DNA from: Candidatus Krumholzibacteriia bacterium | GTDB lineage: Bacteria; Krumholzibacteriota; Krumholzibacteriia; WVZY01 | Direction of reading: 5' to 3' | DNA length: 11,074 nt | NCBI GenBank assembly: GCA_036478295.1 | Contig: JAZGDW010000251.1 | Coordinates: 1 to 11,074, forward strand | In this document: positions 1 to 4,809 of the stretch, in pieces | How positions within the stretch are numbered: position 1 is the stretch's first letter | How the letters are laid out: each line of letters starts with the position of its first letter | Made by a program: the position numbers and the translations under genes | The notes under the pieces: generated by a model | The model's database searches: none | What the model saw: only the letters and a program-made list of their open reading frames with translations | Told to the model about the DNA's origin: nothing

Positions 1-1
1 G

Positions 2-526
2 GGTTCGCACCTGGGACTGAACATTTCCAGAACCCTTGCCGAAGTTCAAAACGGAACCATGGCCGTCGAGAGCGAACCGGGTGTGGGGACCGAAGTGAGC
101 GTGTTTCTGCCCGTAGACCCCTCCACAGCTGAGATCGTCGGCCGCTTCAAGTCGATCGAGCGCTGTTTTTTTACTCACCTGCGCAAGGGCGTTTTTGTGT
201 ACGCACTCCACAAGTACGAATCCAAACGATGGCCAGAGATCGTCCAGCAGTGGGCAAGAACGCCGGTGATAAACCCCGAGAAGCGCGATGAACGGGAATC
301 CAATCTTTTCCTGTGGACCCTGGGAGAGGACGTAGCCGTGGCGGTCGGCGCTCGTGAAGACGACCCCGGGCTGGTCAGCGGAGGGTTGGGCGGAAGCTGG
401 GCCACCTCCGTGCAGGGCTACATGGTTGGGCGCTCCTTTGCGCCAACCGAGGGTTCCCGAATGACCCAGCTGATAAACCTGGCTTTCAGCCGAATGAAGA
501 ACGCATCGCCGGTTCTGACCCGGTGA
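2..526 (+). CDS. Sensor histidine kinase, C-terminal fragment (end of HATPase_c domain plus ~135-aa C-terminal extension); 5'-truncated by the window edge
   Basis: The frame is open from nt 2 and reads GSHLGLNISRTLAEVQNGTMAVESEPGVGTEVSVFLP. This matches the G2 box/helix and the final 'G.i.veS..G.Gt.f...lP' strands of HATPase_c. The ATG at 59 is internal. A response regulator follows directly. Confidence 0.85.
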   Translation, partial: GSHLGLNISRTLAEVQNGTMAVESEPGVGTEVSVFLPVDPSTAEIVGRFKSIERCFFTHLRKGVFVYALHKYESKRWPEIVQQWARTPVINPEKRDERESNLFLWTLGEDVAVAVGAREDDPGLVSGGLGGSWATSVQGYMVGRSFAPTEGSRMTQLINLAFSRMKNASPVLTR

Positions 527-552
527 CATAACCGAAAAGAGGAGTGTTCGAA

Positions 553-954
553 ATGGAAAACATAAGGATTCTTCTGGTCGATGACGAGCAGGATATCGTG
601 GACACGATAAAGTACAGTCTCGAGCTGAGGGGCTATGATGTCGATGTTGCGTACGACGGAGTGAGCGCGTTGGCCAAAGCCCGCAAGGGACTCTATAATG
701 TGCTCTTGCTGGATGTGATGCTTCCGGGCAAGAACGGCTACGAAGTGTCGCGCCTGCTCAAAGAGGATATGGCCAAGAACCACATCGCTTCCTTCGGGAT
801 TATCCTCATTACCGCCAGACGACTCGATACCGAAGTGCGCGAGGAGTTTGTGGCCACGTGGTCCAAAGCCGACGCGTGTATCTACAAGCCCTTTGAAATG
901 GAGGATCTCACCGACACCATCACTTCGTTGCTGGAGGCCGTCGTGTCGTCGTAA
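553..954 (+). CDS. Single-domain response regulator (CheY-like receiver)
   Basis: Receiver motifs ILLVDDE, LLLDVMLPGKNG (phospho-Asp), IILITA and YKPF are present, with no output domain. AGAGGAG at 538-544 lies 8 nt before ATG 553, which is favoured over the GTG at 544. Confidence 0.93.
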   Translation: MENIRILLVDDEQDIVDTIKYSLELRGYDVDVAYDGVSALAKARKGLYNVLLLDVMLPGKNGYEVSRLLKEDMAKNHIASFGIILITARRLDTEVREEFVATWSKADACIYKPFEMEDLTDTITSLLEAVVSS

Positions 955-1042
955 GTCATCGGGGTACCCGAAGCGTCCACGGAATACTTCACTCAGGTTT
1001 CTTTTCAATCTCGTCCCCGCGTCCCCGCAGGGCGGGCCGTCC

Positions 1043-1056
1043 TTGACAAATCTCAA
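1043..1056. promoter_or_regulatory. Putative FNR/CRP-family binding site (it also contains a perfect TTGACA hexamer)
   Basis: TTGAC-AAAT-CTCAA matches TTGAT-N4-ATCAA at 8/10 positions and lies in the AT-rich spacer upstream of the Rieske gene. Confidence 0.45.
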
Positions 1057-1068
1057 TAAAGAAATGCA

Positions 1069-1097
1069 TTGTACATCCTGTATTTGCGGTGTATATT
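1069..1097 (+). promoter_or_regulatory. Putative sigma70-type promoter for the Rieske/cytochrome b operon
   Basis: TTGTAC (1069-1074), 17 nt, TATATT (1092-1097). An alternative reading is TTGACA (1043-1048), 18 nt, CATTGT (1067-1072). Confidence 0.45.
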
Positions 1098-1115
1098 TCG
1101 TGAAAATTTTCTCTA
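1098..1115. promoter_or_regulatory. Putative Rex-like operator
   Basis: TCGTGAA-AATT-TTCTCTA matches TTGTGAA-N4-TTCACAA at 11/14 positions and sits directly downstream of the candidate -10. Confidence 0.45.
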
Positions 1116-1134
1116 ATTGGTAAAGGGGGAACGC

Positions 1135-1566
1135 ATGCCGGCAACTCGCCGCCAGTTCACGAATCTGCTCCTTGGAGGCGGCCTCATCGGTTGGCTGGGC
1201 AGCGTGGTGTACCCCATCGTCTCGTATCTCAAGCCGCCCGAGGTCCCGGAAGCCAACGTGCAGACGGTCAACGCGGGCCCGGCGGCGGAGTTCGAGCCCA
1301 ACGCGGGCCAGATCATCAAGTTCGGTCGCCTGCCCGTCATCGTCATCAAGACGGCCACCGGTGATTTCAGGGCGTTTTCGGCGACCTGCACGCATCTGGA
1401 CTGTATCGTTCAATACCGCTCCGATCTCAGGCAGATCTGGTGCGCCTGTCATAACGGGCTCTATGACCTCAAGGGACGCAACGTCTCGGGACCGCCCCCG
1501 CGGCCGCTGGATGAATTCGCCGTCAACATCGTCAACGACGAAGTGCTCGTATCCAGGCTGGCGTAA
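1135..1566 (+). CDS. Rieske [2Fe-2S] subunit of a Rieske/cytochrome b complex (PetC/QcrA-like)
   Basis: Tat-type TRRQF motif followed by a hydrophobic anchor, Rieske boxes CTHLDC and CACHNGLY, and a GPPPRPL loop. RBS AAGGGGGA at 1123-1130 precedes ATG 1135. Confidence 0.96.
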   Translation: MPATRRQFTNLLLGGGLIGWLGSVVYPIVSYLKPPEVPEANVQTVNAGPAAEFEPNAGQIIKFGRLPVIVIKTATGDFRAFSATCTHLDCIVQYRSDLRQIWCACHNGLYDLKGRNVSGPPPRPLDEFAVNIVNDEVLVSRLA

Positions 1567-1576
1567 GGAACAATGA

Positions 1577-2656
1577 ATGCCAAGGAAACGTCAGAGAATC
1601 TTTGGGTGGCTGGATGAGCGTTTTCACATCAGCCCCCTGATCGAGTTCATGCGGCACAAGAAGGTGCCCGTACACCGGCACACCGTGTGGTACTACATGG
1701 GAGGTGTCGCCCTCTTCTTGTTTGTCGTGCAGGTGGCGACCGGTATTCTGCTCGTGCTCTACTATCAGGCGGACGAGGAAGCCGCGTTCGAGAGCGTTCG
1801 TTTTCTCATGACGAAGGTGCCGTTCGGTTGGCTGATCCGCTCGATACACAGCTGGGCAGCGAACCTGATGGTGCTCTTCGTGTTTATCCACATGTTCAGC
1901 ACGTTCTTCACCAGGGCGTTCCGTAAGCCGCGTGAGCTGACCTGGGTCAGCGGGTTCACGCTCCTCGCGCTGGCGTTGTTTTTTGGCTTTACGGGCTACC
2001 TGCTGCCGTGGAACGAGCTGTCCTTTTTTGCCACGAAAGTGGGGACCGACATCGCGGGTGCGGTACCGTTCATTGGTAACGCGATCAAGGTCGTGTTGAG
2101 GGGCGGTGAGGATGTCACCGGGGCGACGCTCTCCCGCTTCTACGCCATTCATATCGCCATCATTCCCGCAATTTTCACAGCCATACTGGTCCTGCACCTG
2201 CTCTTCGTACAACGGCAGGGCATGCACGAGCCGGAGTATGTCGCCAAATTGCCCAGTGACAAGAAGAAGATGATTTCTTTTTTCCCAAACTTTTTGATGA
2301 GGGATATGTTGCTGTGGCTCATGGTCTTGAACGTCCTTATCTTTCTGGCCGTGTTCTTTCCCTGGGAACTCGGCCACAAAGCCGACGCGTTCGCGCCGGC
2401 TCCATCGGGCATCAAGCCAGAGTGGTTCTTCATGTTCATGTTTCAGACGCTGAAAGTCCTGCCGGCCCACATTTTGTTCATGGAAGGGGAGGTGCTGGGC
2501 ATTCTGTTCTTCGGACTGGTCGGCGTCGCGTGGATGCTGGTCCCGTTCTGGGAGATAAAACATCGTCCGGACAAGAGAGTGCGACCCATGACGGTCATCG
2601 GAGTCACGGCGATCCTGTACATAGTCGTCATGACGATCTGGGGTTATCTTGAATAG
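1577..2656 (+). CDS. Cytochrome b of a Rieske/cytochrome b complex (unsplit b6 + subunit IV type; PetB/QcrB-like)
   Basis: Heme b ligand pairs RSIHSW...FIHMF and AIHIA...VLHLL, plus RKPRELTW, GYLLPW, TLSRFY, FFPNF and the Qo motif IKPEWF. Lies 10 nt downstream of the Rieske gene. Confidence 0.96.
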   Translation: MPRKRQRIFGWLDERFHISPLIEFMRHKKVPVHRHTVWYYMGGVALFLFVVQVATGILLVLYYQADEEAAFESVRFLMTKVPFGWLIRSIHSWAANLMVLFVFIHMFSTFFTRAFRKPRELTWVSGFTLLALALFFGFTGYLLPWNELSFFATKVGTDIAGAVPFIGNAIKVVLRGGEDVTGATLSRFYAIHIAIIPAIFTAILVLHLLFVQRQGMHEPEYVAKLPSDKKKMISFFPNFLMRDMLLWLMVLNVLIFLAVFFPWELGHKADAFAPAPSGIKPEWFFMFMFQTLKVLPAHILFMEGEVLGILFFGLVGVAWMLVPFWEIKHRPDKRVRPMTVIGVTAILYIVVMTIWGYLE

Positions 2657-2669
2657 AAGAGGACATGCG

Positions 2670-3938
2670 ATGGTCAATCATGGACCGCCAATAATCACCA
2701 TCAGTCTGGCGGTTGCACTTGTAACACTCCTGGTCTTGCCCGTGCCAGGCCTGGGGCAGGAAGAGGCGGTCGTCGCATCAGATCAGTGCGTGGCGTGCCA
2801 CAGTGACCTCGAGGTCTTGCCTCACGATTATATCGTGGAAGATGTTCACATGAAGGCGGGACTGGGCTGTGCCGGCTGCCACGGTGGTGACCCCATGTCG
2901 GACGACGACGAAGTGGCGATGTCGCCGAAGGCCGGCTACGTCGGCGCGCCCGCAAAGAAGGATATCTCGAAGTTCTGCGGCAAGTGTCATTCCGACATCG
3001 AATTTATGAGGCGCTACCAACCTAGAATTCCTACCGACCAGGCCAGCCAGTACGCGACGAGTGTCCATGGGATCCGCCTCGCGCGGGGCGACGAAAACGT
3101 GGCCGACTGTACGAGCTGCCACACTGCGCACGGGATTCTCGCGGTCAAGGACTCGCGCTCGTCCGTGTATGCGCTGAACGTTCCCGCTACCTGCAATAAG
3201 TGCCACGGCGATGCCAAGCTCATGAGCGGCTACGGAATACGGACCGACCAGTACGAGAAGTATGCCCAGAGCGTCCACGGCAAGGCGCTTCTCGAGAACC
3301 AGGATGTGGGTGCCCCGGCGTGCAACGACTGCCACGGCAACCATGGGGCGATGCCACCGGGCATCACCTCGGTGAGACAGGTCTGTGGCCACTGCCACGT
3401 CAATAACATGCAGTTTTTCACCGCGTCGAAAATGGGGGCGGCGTTCGACAGGGAGGAATTGCATGGGTGCGAAGAATGTCACGGTAATCACGATGTCAAG
3501 AGGACAGCGGACGACATGGTCGGTATCGGAGACGCCGCCGTGTGCATCGACTGTCATGACGAAGGCGACAAGGGTTATGAGACCGCCGGCAAGATCAGCG
3601 GGCTGCTGACCGCGCTGACAACGGTCTACGATCAGGCCGAGACGAAGCGGGAGGAAGTTAGCCGCATCGGCATGGATGACGAGGAGATAGGTTTCGTCCT
3701 GCAGGAAGCCCACCAGAGCCTGATCCAGGCCCGGACGTTGGTGCACACGTTCGATGACGTTAAGGTCGGCGTGCAGACCTCCGCAGGCACCGCGAAGGCC
3801 CAGGAGGCGCTGGACCTGGCGATCGAGCAGATCCAGGAGCACGGCGTCCGCCGGCGCGGATTCGGCCTGGCCACCATTTTCATTACTATCCTCGTGATCG
3901 CGCTCTTCCTGAAGATCCGGCAGCTGCCCGACAGCTAG
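2670..3938 (+). CDS. Membrane-anchored nonaheme cytochrome c, the probable electron-acceptor subunit of the Rieske/cyt b complex
   Basis: N-terminal signal-like hydrophobic stretch; 9 CxxCH motifs (CVACH, CAGCH, CGKCH, CTSCH, CNKCH, CNDCH, CGHCH, CEECH, CIDCH); helical C-terminal region; C-terminal TM helix FGLATIFITILVIALFL. AGAGGA before ATG 2670 favours this start over TTG 2649. Confidence 0.92.
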   Translation: MVNHGPPIITISLAVALVTLLVLPVPGLGQEEAVVASDQCVACHSDLEVLPHDYIVEDVHMKAGLGCAGCHGGDPMSDDDEVAMSPKAGYVGAPAKKDISKFCGKCHSDIEFMRRYQPRIPTDQASQYATSVHGIRLARGDENVADCTSCHTAHGILAVKDSRSSVYALNVPATCNKCHGDAKLMSGYGIRTDQYEKYAQSVHGKALLENQDVGAPACNDCHGNHGAMPPGITSVRQVCGHCHVNNMQFFTASKMGAAFDREELHGCEECHGNHDVKRTADDMVGIGDAAVCIDCHDEGDKGYETAGKISGLLTALTTVYDQAETKREEVSRIGMDDEEIGFVLQEAHQSLIQARTLVHTFDDVKVGVQTSAGTAKAQEALDLAIEQIQEHGVRRRGFGLATIFITILVIALFLKIRQLPDS

Positions 3939-3993
3939 GCGCTTGTTTTCGCCAGCGGACGGGGCGTCGCGGGGCAGGCAATCACTTAACTAT

Positions 3994-4007
3994 TTGATAA
4001 GAATCAA
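3994..4007. promoter_or_regulatory. FNR-type (CRP/FNR family) binding site, perfect consensus
   Basis: TTGAT-AAGA-ATCAA is a 10/10 match to TTGAT-N4-ATCAA. Its centre (4000.5) is about 61.5 nt upstream of the predicted start site near 4062. Confidence 0.7.
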
Positions 4008-4027
4008 TTTATTTGGGCGTTCTTGTT

Positions 4028-4056
4028 TTGCCAAACATACGCGATCAGTTTATAAT
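4028..4056 (+). promoter_or_regulatory. sigma70-type promoter of the tetraheme cytochrome gene
   Basis: TTGCCA (4028-4033), 17 nt, TATAAT (4051-4056), within an AT-rich spacer. Confidence 0.8.
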
Positions 4057-4061
4057 ACAGT

Positions 4062-4079
4062 AAGAGAACGATTTCACAA
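4062..4079. promoter_or_regulatory. Putative Rex-like operator overlapping the predicted transcription start
   Basis: AAGAGAA-CGAT-TTCACAA (reverse complement TTGTGAA-ATCG-TTCTCTT) matches the Rex consensus at 11/14 positions with one perfect half-site, and is 13/18 identical to the site at 1098-1115. Confidence 0.5.
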
Positions 4080-4103
4080 TCTCTGGGAGGGAGGAGAGAG
4101 AAA

Positions 4104-4685
4104 ATGAGTAAGTTATTGACTGGGATAGTGTTGGTGGCTTGCGCCGTCCTGTGGTGTACCCCGAGTTCCGCAAATGGGGACCAGCGGACGTACCTGGGGG
4201 CTGCCAAGTGTAAGATGTGCCACAAGACGCCGGCCCAGGGCGAGCAGTTCGGAATCTGGCAAAAAGGGCCGCACGCGGGAGCGTACGAGTCTCTGGCCAG
4301 TGAAAAGGCCATGGAGGTCGCCAAGAAGCAGGGGATAGAGGATCCACAAAAGGCGGATGCCTGTCTCAAGTGCCACGTGACCGCCCACGGTGTCGATGCC
4401 GAATACCTTGGTCCGAAATACGCGATAACCGACGGCGTCGGCTGCGAGTCCTGCCACGGCGCCGGCAGCGACTACAGCAAGAAGAAGGCGATGGTGGCGG
4501 TCACCTCGGGAAAGGCGGAGGGGGCCTCGGTCGGTCTGATCAAACCGACCAAGGAAACCTGCGTCACCTGCCACAACGAAGAGAGTCCGTTCTACAAGGA
4601 ATTCGACTTCGAGAAGATGTTTGCGAAGATCAAGCACTCGGTGCCCGAGGAACGAAAGGCCAAATACAAGACCGTATCAGAGTGA
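4104..4685 (+). CDS. Exported tetraheme cytochrome c, cytochrome c554-like family
   Basis: Signal peptide; 4 CxxCH motifs (YLGAAKCKMCH, CLKCH, GVGCESCHGAGS, CVTCH); W..gpHa.A pattern and terminal IKH typical of the c554-like family; strong RBS GGAGGGAGGAG. Confidence 0.9.
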   Translation: MSKLLTGIVLVACAVLWCTPSSANGDQRTYLGAAKCKMCHKTPAQGEQFGIWQKGPHAGAYESLASEKAMEVAKKQGIEDPQKADACLKCHVTAHGVDAEYLGPKYAITDGVGCESCHGAGSDYSKKKAMVAVTSGKAEGASVGLIKPTKETCVTCHNEESPFYKEFDFEKMFAKIKHSVPEERKAKYKTVSE

Positions 4686-4742
4686 CCAACAAGACCCAGC
4701 AAGCTTGACGCGTATTGCGTGTGAAGCAGCCATGACGGCAAG

Positions 4743-4776
4743 AGGGACCGGGGATAATCGCCGGTCCCTTTTTCTT
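4743..4776 (+). terminator. Rho-independent terminator between the convergent blocks
   Basis: Perfect 9-bp stem AGGGACCGG (4743-4751) / CCGGTCCCT (4761-4769) with a 9-nt loop, followed by TTTTCTT. The U-tract on the - strand is weak, so bidirectional use is uncertain. Confidence 0.85.
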
Positions 4777-4809
4777 GGAGCTTGTAACTGGGGTTTGTAA
4801 CATAGTGCG

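Noticed and set aside
1013..1036. GTCCCCGC direct repeat (x2) and a small CCCGC/GCGGG hairpin after the response regulator
   Set aside because: Too short, GC-rich and lacking a U-tract; not supportable as a terminator or functional repeat.
418..1452. 344-aa - strand ORF spanning the response regulator and Rieske genes
   Set aside because: Antisense shadow of well-supported + strand genes with no recognisable motifs; long shadow ORFs are expected at high GC.
1532..3842. Long - strand ORFs 1532-2677 and 2778-3842
   Set aside because: They mirror the cytochrome b and nonaheme genes and show no family features.
2670..3938. Nonaheme protein as NrfA, HAO or octaheme nitrite reductase (helical C-terminus, NrfCD nearby)
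   Set aside because: There is no CxxCK catalytic motif, and the heme spacing follows the electron-transfer repeat shared with the CbcL-like protein.
3939..3990. Possible terminator after the nonaheme gene
   Set aside because: No convincing stem plus U-tract was found, so read-through into the tetraheme gene remains possible.
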